NCBI GenBank assembly: GCA_934511365.1
Contig: CAKSWC010000003.1
Coordinates: 116,227 to 180,226 of the forward strand
From: an uncultured Eubacteriales bacterium
Lineage (GTDB): Bacteria; Bacillota; Clostridia; Oscillospirales; Acutalibacteraceae
Direction of reading: 5' to 3'
Length of the DNA stretch: 64,000 nt
Shown here: piece after piece, positions 50,201 to 59,568 of the stretch
Layout of the letters: each line of letters begins with the position of its first letter
Numbering within the stretch: position 1 is the stretch's first letter
Position numbers and translations under genes: made by a program
Notes under the pieces: model-generated
Database searches by the model: none
What the model saw: the letters and a program-made list of their open reading frames with translations, nothing else
What the model was told of the DNA's origin: nothing

Positions 50201-52115
50201 TATCGTACTGCTCGGCGGTCATATCATAAATCAGCCTTATTCTTGTGCTGTCCGTGATATAAAGAACATTCTCCTGTGCGGCAGAGCTGCGGTTTGTGAA
50301 GTGAATCGCCGAAGGATTGGTATAAATCGTCCAGTCAGCTTGATTCATGCTTGTTTCAGACATTCCGTCCTTCAAAACCCAGACCTCTTTGAGAGAGTAG
50401 TTCTTGTTTTCCGAAAGCTTGTCCATATACATGGTGTTGGGTGCCTTAATATACTCAAAGCTTTCCGCGGAAAAAATCTCGGTCAAGGTCTCCACTGCTT
50501 TAATATTATAAATTTTTGTTCTGACGCCGTTGTTTAAAGAGGTGTATGAGCCCGAATCCTTGAGATAGAAATTCGTCATCTTGTTTGTTGCGTTGTTTTT
50601 CGGCAATGCTCCGCCGCTTGATTTTCGGGTATCAAAAACGTCAAAGGAGATATCGCCGTTCGTTGCAAAGCGGTCAATATTGGCATAATACTGAACCTTA
50701 TAGGTCGGATTCGCGCTCGGCGCCGCAGCCAGAGCGATTGTTCCGCCACGAACGGGAACGGTGAGCGCCGGAGCTTTTTCGTCAAGGGAAATGACGGCAC
50801 TTTCCGCCGCGCTGATTGCGTTGTTTTCGTCCTCTGAAAACGAGGAAAGAACGATGCCGATTTCAGCCTCTGGCGCGGCATTTTCAAGCGAGCCAAGCTC
50901 TTTTCTGATTGGCTTCAAAACGGCGTCTTTGATAATAACCTTCGCCGTTACGGAAAGAAGTGAGGGGTCGATTTTTCTTCCGTTTTCAGTGAGAGCTATG
51001 TTTTTTGCAATGATTTTGTCGCTGCTACCGCCGCCGTCTTTTTGATTGAATTCGGCAAACTTTTTATAGTTGTCACCGTTTTTATTGAGGGGAGAAACCT
51101 CAAGCTCAACGCCGTTTGAAAGTTCATTCTCGCTGTCCACCGTAACAACCATTGAAAGCTCTTTGTCCTCATAGTTGAAGCTGCGCGAGAATGACGCCTC
51201 GGCAGCCGGGCTGCTTGGTTTTTCCGCCTTGCATTTTTCAGTGTGTTCATGTTCCGGAACATTGCAAACAAGGTTTCCGTCTTTGTCGCGGCAGGCGTCA
51301 CTGTGTTTGTGTTCGGTAAAGCCGCAGATATATTCACTTTTAACTTCTTCGTCAGGGTAGCACTTAACCTCATCGTGCTGATGCTCTTCCTTGGTGCAGA
51401 TGAGCCTTTTTTCAGTTGTACTTTCTGCAAAGCATCTTTCATCATGATTATGGCGCAGGACCTCAATTTTTCCGCAGGACAGCTTTCCGTCCGTATAGCA
51501 TTCAGCGGTGTGGCTGTGAAAAACAACTTCCTTTTCTTTGCAGACAAGTTTACTTTCGGTCTTTTTGCAGTCTTGGGTATGAGTATGACCTTTGCTTTCC
51601 TCAAGAGTGCAGGTCAGCTCTCCGTTTTCGTCATAGCAGTCATTATCATGCTCATGACCTTCGCTTTCCTCAAGGGCACAGATGTATGAAGTTTCTTCTT
51701 CAAAGCAGGAAGAGGAGTGAGCGTGCTCTTTGATTTCCGGAAGAGTGCAGACAAGTTTTCCGCTTTCATCATAGCAGTTTTCGCTATGTTCATGGATAAC
51801 ATAATCGGCATAGCCGCAGACAATGTCGCCGCTTTCATCATAGCAGCTTTCACTGTGGATATGGGGCGTGAATTTGCAGTCAAGCTTGCCGGCAGTGACA
51901 ACCGTCTCGTAGCAGGATTCGTCATGAATATGTTCTTCAAGGCCGCAGGCAGGCTTTTTTGTCATTGTTAACGCAGGAATAATCAGCGCATATGTTGTGC
52001 AAAACACAACAATGCACGAGAGAACAATAATTACACGCTGCCAACGCTTCTTTTGAAGATGCTCTCCAAGATATTCTTTAATTTTTCCAGTCAATCTGTT
52101 TTGCACAACCGCCAC
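47223..52115 (-). CDS. Large LPETG-anchored adhesin (pilus tip candidate)
   Basis: The 1630-aa product has an N-terminal signal/TM segment, about 11 tandem C-x4-7-H-x-H-x3-4-C repeats, a PA14-like segment (FFYGDDDLWVFLDNRLICDVGGVHS), ricin/QxW-like repeats, and a C-terminal LPETG with hydrophobic segment and RRKKERR. Confidence 0.75.
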   Translation of the reverse strand: MAVVQNRLTGKIKEYLGEHLQKKRWQRVIIVLSCIVVFCTTYALIIPALTMTKKPACGLEEHIHDESCYETVVTAGKLDCKFTPHIHSESCYDESGDIVCGYADYVIHEHSENCYDESGKLVCTLPEIKEHAHSSSCFEEETSYICALEESEGHEHDNDCYDENGELTCTLEESKGHTHTQDCKKTESKLVCKEKEVVFHSHTAECYTDGKLSCGKIEVLRHNHDERCFAESTTEKRLICTKEEHQHDEVKCYPDEEVKSEYICGFTEHKHSDACRDKDGNLVCNVPEHEHTEKCKAEKPSSPAAEASFSRSFNYEDKELSMVVTVDSENELSNGVELEVSPLNKNGDNYKKFAEFNQKDGGGSSDKIIAKNIALTENGRKIDPSLLSVTAKVIIKDAVLKPIRKELGSLENAAPEAEIGIVLSSFSEDENNAISAAESAVISLDEKAPALTVPVRGGTIALAAAPSANPTYKVQYYANIDRFATNGDISFDVFDTRKSSGGALPKNNATNKMTNFYLKDSGSYTSLNNGVRTKIYNIKAVETLTEIFSAESFEYIKAPNTMYMDKLSENKNYSLKEVWVLKDGMSETSMNQADWTIYTNPSAIHFTNRSSAAQENVLYITDSTRIRLIYDMTAEQYDNTATFYDYDITDGYDSGRGRWLSGTAGINSSTNYGTSRNGQRTWGSHVDVLAFGNANCGTGMGHWKFDNLALNAHSGNRINKGCNFGIAHSLSDGKIVYNEWIVAPKLFNDGNAKGKTTYENSKLTFNRKGDTYSLTSATVNGVGSVNNLNGFFNPSPTSSITYPHIFTNDFWPLDSATNCTDPKFGKYNNGVPFFGYADNDGTNFPNVGTLNGTFPVSDDGNLHNSFFGMHSVIEFNITADYVGPLEYFFYGDDDLWVFLDNRLICDVGGVHSSVGEIVDLWDYLPKGVAGKHRLTIYYTERGASGSSCYMQFTLPNVSGKNIEQTTDDLTVKKTVIDGNGTDEFKFRIRFYDKNGNTILDDYAYTKFNADATSVGDEIIVCDGDTFTLRDGQYIIIKNLPLGIRYKISEMTPANYTVASTVNGVTSLSKEVNGSISKNINNSVLFTNTGSSSAGFTLRKVDQNGEPLSGAAFSVADSDAGAVAFLKKDSGSYIAANNAGAKIISGEDYYIVPVSAPSLALGRRSGGSNGLFTAETQTNTGFDSHKFKITKTSDGYYTVQCRQGGYLELKDNSLAVGAAVNVSTVGSTVAESRKWAFEKNNNGTYRIRPMGAAEGNMLLSLEQRSHPAKAGENVDLRSDRTQANLEELQEWYVIPVSDISTPVESVTQLSVSESGMLTVRGLKAGTYTVTETAAPDGCALLPTPITVSIDKNSNLTLESGSDLATLDSTGAVVNVKNNYQKKTLTVQKEVRSLDNADISGGTMYSFKVDWAANGETGSQVVNVSNGNFGTVSDIPYGAKVTVTETSATGFSVEYYEGNTLITSGSTCVIQSLKQDVVLKCVNTSHRTLSLKKLVSSSFEYTSESPFTFEISFNDIGGNAKTETLNVSNGETEALTSIPRGAVVTVREVNADGFVASYSLDATALESNADGSVTFTMEDDVLLTATNTVYEYTLPETGSAGTLWLTMGGLLLIAGSLLMGLGLRRKKERRFG

Positions 52116-52168
52116 CTCCTAACCTGCGGAAAATATATAATTAAGTTATATTTCAATATTTAAAAGAG

Positions 52169-52762
52169 TCAATTAACCGCACCAAAATTTTTGAATGGCC
52201 AGATTCTGAAAACAACTTTCCCAACAATCTGATCTTCGTCAATGCAGCCGACTGCCGTGTTGCGTGAATCGATTGAAACACTGCGGTTGTCTCCAATCAT
52301 AAAAAACTTTTTATCCGGAACCTGATAGGGAAGTTTAATATTGGTTTCACCGAATGATTTATCCGCAATATACGGTTCATCAAGAGCTTTATTGTTAATA
52401 AAAAGGTTTCCGTCTTTATCAATATTGAACCAATCGGACGGACCTGCAACATATCTTTTAATAAGCAGTTTGTTGCCGTGATAAAAAGCAACTATATCTC
52501 CGGCCTTAAAGCTGGTGCTTTTCACCGTAACAACAATCTGGCCATCCTCAAGGGTCGGAACCATTGAGGAACCGTAAATTCTTAAAACCGGCATCCAGAG
52601 TGTTGCAACAAGAATTGCAAGTGCCGCAACAACAAGCAAAATTGCTATTGTGCTTTTAAGCGTTCTTTTATATTTCTTATTATATTGAAGTCTCTTGCGC
52701 TCTTTTTCAATTTGTTCAAGAGTCGGAAGTTCGACCGGAGAATGGCTGTTGTTATGCATCAA
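52169..52762 (-). CDS. lepB: Signal peptidase I (S26 family)
   Basis: Has the catalytic Ser region IYGSSMVPTL and the conserved GDNRSVSIDSR box. Confidence 0.8.
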   Translation of the reverse strand: MMHNNSHSPVELPTLEQIEKERKRLQYNKKYKRTLKSTIAILLVVAALAILVATLWMPVLRIYGSSMVPTLEDGQIVVTVKSTSFKAGDIVAFYHGNKLLIKRYVAGPSDWFNIDKDGNLFINNKALDEPYIADKSFGETNIKLPYQVPDKKFFMIGDNRSVSIDSRNTAVGCIDEDQIVGKVVFRIWPFKNFGAVN

Positions 52763-53235
52763 GAATCTATTCCTTTTAACAGTGTTTTAAGTTCATCGTG
52801 AAGGTTTATAAATTCGGTTGCCTTTTTTTCAAAATCTTTCAGTTTTTCCGTTGCCGTTATTTCGGCCTCGCGGATAATTTCCTGAGACTTTTTTTCGGCC
52901 GCAGTGAGCAGCTCTATGGCCTTATTTTTCGCTGCCTCAATAAGATCACTCTTATACTTTTCCGCTGCATCAATTTTCTCTTTGATGTCGGAATTTGTCA
53001 TATAGACCGAATGAAGATATTGGTCGGCCGCAGCTTGAGCGGATTCAAAAACGCCGTTGAGTTTTATTGCAGCCTCTGCAATCGAACCCGATGAGGAAAT
53101 GCGCAGTTCACGGTCTTTAAGCCTGTCCTTTAATGCGGCGGATTCTTTTTCCGATTCAATAAGACGCTTTTGAAGTTCATATATTATATCAATAAGCTCA
53201 AGCCGACTGAGTTTTTTTAGGTCTTTTTCGGTCAT
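52759..53235 (-). CDS. Hypothetical coiled-coil protein
   Basis: A 158-aa K/E-rich helical sequence whose stop overlaps the lepB start. Confidence 0.45.
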   Translation of the reverse strand: MTEKDLKKLSRLELIDIIYELQKRLIESEKESAALKDRLKDRELRISSSGSIAEAAIKLNGVFESAQAAADQYLHSVYMTNSDIKEKIDAAEKYKSDLIEAAKNKAIELLTAAEKKSQEIIREAEITATEKLKDFEKKATEFINLHDELKTLLKGIDS

Positions 53236-53698
53236 CGGGTTTGTTACACCGTCCTTTTGGTTTTGCGGCTGCGTTTAACCTTCCGGTTGCGCCGATCCAA
53301 CAGATAAAATTAGTCATTTCATAGGGTATTATATCATAATTTATCAGATTTGCAATAGAAAACAGTCGATTTTGAAAAAAATGGACAATAAATTGTGAAT
53401 TGTATTACTAAAGTATTAAATATTGCTGAGTTTGTTTGATAATTTTTACAAATAAATCACATTGTGAACACTTTTGCATTGAAAAATGTCAAATTATACG
53501 ATTATGTATGCAAGCAAATTGACAGTTTAATGTTGACCAAAGTTTTACAGTCGGCACATATTGTATGGCTACATTGGAATATAGCCAAAAATATTATTAA
53601 AAATAATGCGGTTTTTGTTGAAATTTTGATATAAGTTGTGGTATTATTATCGGTACAGTGAGTTACGACTCTCCTTATAAATCTTCTGGAGGGATTTA

Positions 53699-56287
53699 AT
53701 GGAATTTAAACGGAAAGTGAAAGATCTGCTTCATGACGTATCGTTATATTGGAATAATCCAATGCCGAAGCGTTATATGACTTTTAAGGAAATTGCCGCC
53801 TATTCCGGAGGCGGCATCGGTGCTTATTGCATCATCACGCTCGGAACGGCGTGTATGTTTGCAACAACTAATACTCTTTTAACAAGTACCCTGGGTGTTG
53901 GGCCTACAGATATGTACATAATGTATGTTATCTGTGTTCTTGCCAACATTCCGCTTACCGGTATCAGAGCAAATATAATTGACAACACAAGAAACAAAGC
54001 CGGAAAGTACAGACCTTATATTTTAACCATGGCGGTTCCAACGGCATTGCTGTGTGTTATTATGGTTTGGTTTCCGTACAACATATATGACAAGATTTTT
54101 CCCGGCGGGGAAATGTTGTTTGGAAAGAGCATTGCATATATTGCACGCTGTGCTACGATTTTGGTTTTCAACCTTCTTTTGTTTTTCTTCTATAATTTCT
54201 TTTATGATGCTTATGAAAACCTCGTTCATGTTCTTTCTCCGGATTCACAGGAAAGGGCTGACGTAACCTCAATTAAGAGCGTTATTTATTCTCTTGCACC
54301 AACCATCATTAACCTCATTACTCCGCTCATTGCAGACAATGTTTTCCATACGCTTCAAAGCGATATACGCGTTTATCGGCTTCTTTATCCGATTTTGTCA
54401 GTTATCGGGATTCTTCTGTGTATTGTTGTCTATAAATATACGGAAGAAAAAATTGTTCAGGCGCGTACTCATGTTGTTCAAATTCGCTTTATTGACGCTC
54501 TCAGGGCGGTTATGCATAACAAATATTTTTGGATAATCTCGCTTGCGTCTTGGGTAGGATTTCTTGAACTTGCGTATTCAAACATCATGTATTGGCTTTA
54601 TAATTACGGCGGAAGCTGCAATGGAACTCAGTACGGTTTGATTACGGCAATTTACGGTAACTCTGCGCTGTGGAGCATGTTGCTTGCTCCGTTCCTTATT
54701 CGCAAGTGGGGCAAGAAAAGGCTTTTGGTTGTTACAAACCTTTTTAATATTCTTTTTATTTTGCTCCTTCTTCCGGCAACGGCTCAACTTGACAAAAAGA
54801 CAATTTGGTATGTCTTGATATTTATGTTCCTGAATTCATTTATGAGTTCATTTGCATTGATTCTTAATCCGGCTATCCAGGCGGATATCAGAGACTATCA
54901 GCATTATAAAACGGGCGAAAGAATTGACGGAATGTTTTCCGCGGTTGGAACGATAGGAATGGTAATTACTCTTATTACTTCTTCCGTTCTTCCGATAATT
55001 TATGAAAAGGAAGGACTCACGGAGGCGATGGCCAAAAAGGTCACAAGCAACCCCGAAGTTCTCAACCGTGTTCTTCCCGGAGGAAAAACCATCGCAACGA
55101 TCCTTGCAGAGCAGATGATGGAAGGTCAAAACAGCTATATCAATCCAAATTCGGCTCTTTACGATACCAATATTCTCATGAACCTTGTTCATATCCTGAT
55201 AATCTTTTCGGCAATAGGCGCGCTTATGAATGTTATACCGTATTTTTGGTATGATTTTTCTGAGAATCAGCAAAAAAGTGTAGTTCGTGTTCTTAAAATC
55301 CGCGCAATGTTTGAAGATTTTACAAACGGTTCTATCAAGGATGCAGACCTTGTTGAATCGATAGATATTATCCGCAAGGCACGGGCGCTTTATTTGCTTG
55401 AGCCGACTGCTGTTTCAAAGAGAGATTACAGATCAATAAAGGACAAAAAGCAACGCAAGGAAGCTAAGAAAAAGTATAGAGATGCTCTTGCTCAGAATAA
55501 TGAAATTGAAATTTCAAAATTTGTCTGCAGTGAAATAGATAAATTTTCAACGGATACATACTCAAAAATTGCCGCTTATTGTGGTGAGATATTGTCTCAA
55601 GGCGAAAATGCCGTTGCAAGCTATGACCGCAACGATATCAAGCAAGAGATTAAAACAGCAAAGGCTCTTCCCAAAAAGAGTAAGGAAGAGAAGGAATATC
55701 GCGAATTTATGCTTGGCATTGCAAGAAACAAAAAAAGTGCATATTCCGCGTATCACAAATTTTTTGACGGAAAGCAGGAACTCATTGCTCCGGATTTTGC
55801 TGTTCTTGAAGGCTACTTCAATGCGGAGGATGCCTGCGATGAAAAGCTGAAAGAGCTTTATTTTGCAAAGCACAACGGAAAAAAGAACCATGATCTTTCA
55901 AAAGAAGAACTCAATAATCTTGACAATCAGATTAAAGAGGAAAAGAAAAAGCGCAAAGAAGCCAGAAAGCTTTCAAAAGCTGAAATGGATAAGCATGCCT
56001 ATTATAATCGTGCCGTAAAGCCTTATCTTGAGGCGAAAAAGCTTATCTCTCAGCGCGAAAACTACGGACGCTTTGATGAGATACTCGAGGGCTATGAAGA
56101 AGCAAAGCTCAGAGCCGAAGAGGACATTAAACTCAAAGAAGAAGAAAATCTTCGCAGGGAGGCGGAAAAGAAGGAATACGAAGAAAAACTTGCAGCCGAA
56201 AAGCTTCTGAAAAAGCAGGAGAAGAAGGCTTCAAAAAAAGAGAACAAAAAAGACTCAAAGAAGGAAACATTGACAAATAAAAAATAA
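53699..56287 (+). CDS. GPH-family transporter fused to a long Lys/Glu-rich C-terminal cytoplasmic extension
   Basis: The first roughly 480 aa have about 12 TM segments in a GPH-like fold. The last roughly 380 aa are highly charged and predicted helical (KKQRKEAKKKYRDALAQNNEIEISK...KLKEEENLRREAEKKEYEEKLAAEKLLKKQEKK). Confidence 0.65.
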   Translation: MEFKRKVKDLLHDVSLYWNNPMPKRYMTFKEIAAYSGGGIGAYCIITLGTACMFATTNTLLTSTLGVGPTDMYIMYVICVLANIPLTGIRANIIDNTRNKAGKYRPYILTMAVPTALLCVIMVWFPYNIYDKIFPGGEMLFGKSIAYIARCATILVFNLLLFFFYNFFYDAYENLVHVLSPDSQERADVTSIKSVIYSLAPTIINLITPLIADNVFHTLQSDIRVYRLLYPILSVIGILLCIVVYKYTEEKIVQARTHVVQIRFIDALRAVMHNKYFWIISLASWVGFLELAYSNIMYWLYNYGGSCNGTQYGLITAIYGNSALWSMLLAPFLIRKWGKKRLLVVTNLFNILFILLLLPATAQLDKKTIWYVLIFMFLNSFMSSFALILNPAIQADIRDYQHYKTGERIDGMFSAVGTIGMVITLITSSVLPIIYEKEGLTEAMAKKVTSNPEVLNRVLPGGKTIATILAEQMMEGQNSYINPNSALYDTNILMNLVHILIIFSAIGALMNVIPYFWYDFSENQQKSVVRVLKIRAMFEDFTNGSIKDADLVESIDIIRKARALYLLEPTAVSKRDYRSIKDKKQRKEAKKKYRDALAQNNEIEISKFVCSEIDKFSTDTYSKIAAYCGEILSQGENAVASYDRNDIKQEIKTAKALPKKSKEEKEYREFMLGIARNKKSAYSAYHKFFDGKQELIAPDFAVLEGYFNAEDACDEKLKELYFAKHNGKKNHDLSKEELNNLDNQIKEEKKKRKEARKLSKAEMDKHAYYNRAVKPYLEAKKLISQRENYGRFDEILEGYEEAKLRAEEDIKLKEEENLRREAEKKEYEEKLAAEKLLKKQEKKASKKENKKDSKKETLTNKK

Positions 56288-56307
56288 ATTGTCATTAGGA
56301 GGATATC

Positions 56308-57807
56308 ATGAACAACAGCAAATTTTTACACAAGCTTTTCGGAACAACTCCCGGAAAGGGCGTTCAACCGAAAGAGGCCGTGGCATATAGTGTTGCCGGC
56401 TTTGGCCAGAACTTTATCTGCACAATTATCGGTTCATATCTTACAATTTTTATGACCGATGCACTCCTTTTCGGCGCGGTGCCGAAGGGCACGCTTTGGA
56501 AAACTGTTGACGGCGCTATGGCCGTTGCGTTCCTTATGCTTTTCACAAGAATTTATGACGCTCTCAACGATCCCATCATGGGCAGTATTGTTGACAAAAC
56601 AAGAACAAAATGGGGTAAGTGCCGTCCTTTCCTCAAATGGATGGCAATTCCGATTGCAATTTCAACAATCGTCTGCTTCTGCCCGTTCTTCAAGTCGGAG
56701 TCTAAGACAACTTTTGTCATTATCTCAATCGTATATGTAATCTGGTCAATGGTTTACACCGTTGCGGACGTTCCATATTGGGGCCTTTCAACCTGCTTGA
56801 CAAATGACACGGAAGTCAGAGGAAAGATTCTTACCGTTGCCCGCCTTGTTTGCACACTCGGCGCCGGTATTGTTACGGTCTTTGTTCCGATTATCACAAA
56901 TGCTGTTACCGCAAAGTACAGAGACGATAACGGCGAAGTCCTTTCACAGTATGTTCAGCAGAATGCCGACACTCTTAAATGGACATATTTCATTTGTGCC
57001 GCCGTTTTGGTTATCATTGCAATCCCGATGTTCTTCTATGGCTTCAAGAACACAAAAGAGCGCTTCACCACAACCGAAGAGCCGCCCTCATTCGTCCACA
57101 ACATCAAGCTCCTTTTCAAGAACAAGCAGCTCCTTCTCATTGTTCTTTCCGGAGTTCTCGGCGGCGCAAGAATGGTTTATGCTTATACCGGCGGTCTTTA
57201 TTTTGCAAAGTATGTTCTTAAAAACGAAGGCCTTTTCAGCTTGATCACAATGCTTGTTGTTCCCGGCGGACTTGTTGCTTCCGTTCTTGTTCCGTGGATG
57301 AGCAAGAAGTTCACAAAAAAGTGGACATATATCTATGTTCATATTCTCGGCGCCGTTGTAATGTTTGCAATGTACTTTGTCGGTTATGACGCACCGTGGA
57401 AGCTTGTTTTCTGCGCGGTCGGCCTTGTTCTTCTTGGCATTCCCCAGGGTGTCAACAACATCATTACATATGCAATGATCGGTGATACCGTTGACTATCT
57501 TGAATGGAAAACCGGTGAAAGGGCCGAGGGCATTTGCTTTGCAATGCAGACTCTCATCAACAAAATCGGCATGGCTATCGGTGCTTTCATCGGCGTATTC
57601 TCATACAGCTGGGCCGGCATCAACCCGAAGGCCACTCCGGCAATCTCCCCGGAGGGTGAATCCCTTCTTTGGAATATCCTTATTCTTGCCGGTGCAATCA
57701 GCATGGTCGGAACAATTATTCCCATGTTCTTCTATAAGATTACCGAAAAGAAGCAGAGAGAAATGGTTGCTGAAATTGAAGAGAGAAAGGCCGCAAAAAC
57801 AAAATAA
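56308..57807 (+). CDS. GPH-family sugar:cation symporter
   Basis: A 12-TM MFS/GPH protein with D-x-x-G-R-like motifs, sitting upstream of the GH13 glucosidase. Confidence 0.75.
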   Translation: MNNSKFLHKLFGTTPGKGVQPKEAVAYSVAGFGQNFICTIIGSYLTIFMTDALLFGAVPKGTLWKTVDGAMAVAFLMLFTRIYDALNDPIMGSIVDKTRTKWGKCRPFLKWMAIPIAISTIVCFCPFFKSESKTTFVIISIVYVIWSMVYTVADVPYWGLSTCLTNDTEVRGKILTVARLVCTLGAGIVTVFVPIITNAVTAKYRDDNGEVLSQYVQQNADTLKWTYFICAAVLVIIAIPMFFYGFKNTKERFTTTEEPPSFVHNIKLLFKNKQLLLIVLSGVLGGARMVYAYTGGLYFAKYVLKNEGLFSLITMLVVPGGLVASVLVPWMSKKFTKKWTYIYVHILGAVVMFAMYFVGYDAPWKLVFCAVGLVLLGIPQGVNNIITYAMIGDTVDYLEWKTGERAEGICFAMQTLINKIGMAIGAFIGVFSYSWAGINPKATPAISPEGESLLWNILILAGAISMVGTIIPMFFYKITEKKQREMVAEIEERKAAKTK

Positions 57808-57843
57808 GCTATCGACTTGCTATTTTTAAAGGAGAAATGCTGT

Positions 57844-59520
57844 ATGGCAAAATCACAGTGGTATAAGGAAATGTCCGTTTATCAAATCTGGCCGCGTTCA
57901 TTCTGCGACTCAGACGGAGACGGAATCGGCGATCTCAAGGGTATCCTTTCAAAGCTTGATTACATCAAGAGCATTGGTGTTGACGCAATCTGGTTTTCAC
58001 CGCTCTATCCGTCACCGCAAAAGGATTACGGCTACGATATCGCCGACTACAAAAACATCAACCCCGAATACGGAACGCTTGAGGACTTCAAAGCCGTTCT
58101 TGATGAGGCTCATAAGCGCGGACTCAAGGTTATAATGGATCTTGTTGTTAACCACACTTCTGACCAAAACAAGTGGTTCCTTGAAAGCCGCAAGAGCCGC
58201 AACAATGAATACAGCGATTATTATATTTGGCGTGACGGCCGCAAAAACGGAAAAAAACCTCCTAACAACTGGCTTTCAACTTTCCAGGGCAAAGCCTGGG
58301 AGTATTGCAAGGAAAGAGGACAGTATTATCTTCATGTTTTTGCAAAGGAACAGCCGGATCTCAACATGGATAACCCGAAAGTCCGTGAGGAAGTTAAGGA
58401 CATCATGCGCTTCTGGCTTGATATGGGCGTTGACGGTTTCCGCGAGGATGTTATTACTTTCATCTCGAAAAAAGAGGGTTTGCCGAACGGATTTCCTCTC
58501 CCTGTTGCAACAGGAATTGAGCATTATATGAACGGTCCGCATCTTCGTGAGTATCTTTCGGAATTCCGCAAGGTCACTGACGAATATGACTGCTTCACTG
58601 TTGGTGAGGCGCCGATGATGACACCGTCCCGCGCTCTCAAGTTTATTAAGGAGGGTGACGGCCAGCTCCTTGACATGATGTTCCACTTCCAGCATATGGG
58701 TGCAGACAACATTGTTACCAACTGGATTCTGACTCCGTTCAGACCCGGTCACCTTAAAAATGTTTTTGCAAAGTGGCAGAAAAAAATGGCAAAAGGCGGC
58801 GGCTGGAACGCGCTCTATCTTGAAAACCACGATCAGCCTCGAGTTGTCAGCCGTTACGGAAGCGAAAAATACCGCGTTGAAAGCGCAAAAATGCTTGCGT
58901 CGATGTGCTTCCTCCAGAGCGGAACACCGTTCATTTACATGGGTCAGGAAATCGGAATGACCAATGCAAAGGAAATTGACAGCCTTGCAACATATAAAGA
59001 TGTTTCAACCATTAACAATTTCGGAATGTTTAAGGCTCTCGGTTTTTCTGAGAAGAATTTCCTCAAGGTGTGCCATAGGGCGGCGCGTGACAACGCAAGA
59101 ACCTCAATGCAGTGGGATGACAGTCCGAATGCCGGCTTCACAACAGGTACGCCGTGGTTCTATACCAATCCGAACTACAAGCAGATTAATGTTAAAGCGG
59201 CTGAAGCGGATGAAAATTCGATACTTAATTACTACCGTAAGCTTCTTAAATTCCGCAAGGAGAACGATATTGTTAAGTTTGGCTCGTTCAGAATGCTTAA
59301 AACCTGTCCGCGCATTTTTGCCTATGTCAGAGAATATCAAGGCGACAAAATGCTTGTTATCAACTCGTTCTCAGATGGCGAAATTACTTTCCGGGCGCCG
59401 GAAGATTTTGATATGAGCAAAGCGGAGCTGGTGCTTTCAAACTATGAAAGCAATCCTGTTATTCATAACGGCTTCATGACCAAGCCTTATGAAACAAGGA
59501 CGTATCTGCTCAAAAAGTAA
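57844..59520 (+). CDS. GH13 alpha-glucosidase / oligo-1,6-glucosidase
   Basis: Has GH13 regions I to IV (DLVVNHTSDQ, GFREDV, EAPMM, ENHDQPR) and the N-terminus YQIWPRSFCDSDGDGIGDLKGI. Confidence 0.85.
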   Translation: MAKSQWYKEMSVYQIWPRSFCDSDGDGIGDLKGILSKLDYIKSIGVDAIWFSPLYPSPQKDYGYDIADYKNINPEYGTLEDFKAVLDEAHKRGLKVIMDLVVNHTSDQNKWFLESRKSRNNEYSDYYIWRDGRKNGKKPPNNWLSTFQGKAWEYCKERGQYYLHVFAKEQPDLNMDNPKVREEVKDIMRFWLDMGVDGFREDVITFISKKEGLPNGFPLPVATGIEHYMNGPHLREYLSEFRKVTDEYDCFTVGEAPMMTPSRALKFIKEGDGQLLDMMFHFQHMGADNIVTNWILTPFRPGHLKNVFAKWQKKMAKGGGWNALYLENHDQPRVVSRYGSEKYRVESAKMLASMCFLQSGTPFIYMGQEIGMTNAKEIDSLATYKDVSTINNFGMFKALGFSEKNFLKVCHRAARDNARTSMQWDDSPNAGFTTGTPWFYTNPNYKQINVKAAEADENSILNYYRKLLKFRKENDIVKFGSFRMLKTCPRIFAYVREYQGDKMLVINSFSDGEITFRAPEDFDMSKAELVLSNYESNPVIHNGFMTKPYETRTYLLKK

Positions 59521-59534
59521 AACATGAAGTTTGA

Positions 59535-59568
59535 AAGGCTGTCCGTATTTTGCGGGCAGCCTCTTTTC
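59535..59568. terminator. Bidirectional terminator between the glucosidase gene and plsY
   Basis: aggctgtccgtattttgcgggcagcct is followed by cttttc, with aaa upstream. Confidence 0.5.

Noticed and set aside
57817-57843. The upstream ATG start (MLFLKEKCC...) for the glucosidase
   Set aside because: The RBS GGAG is positioned for the ATG at 57844 (MAKSQWYK), which matches the conserved GH13 N-terminus.
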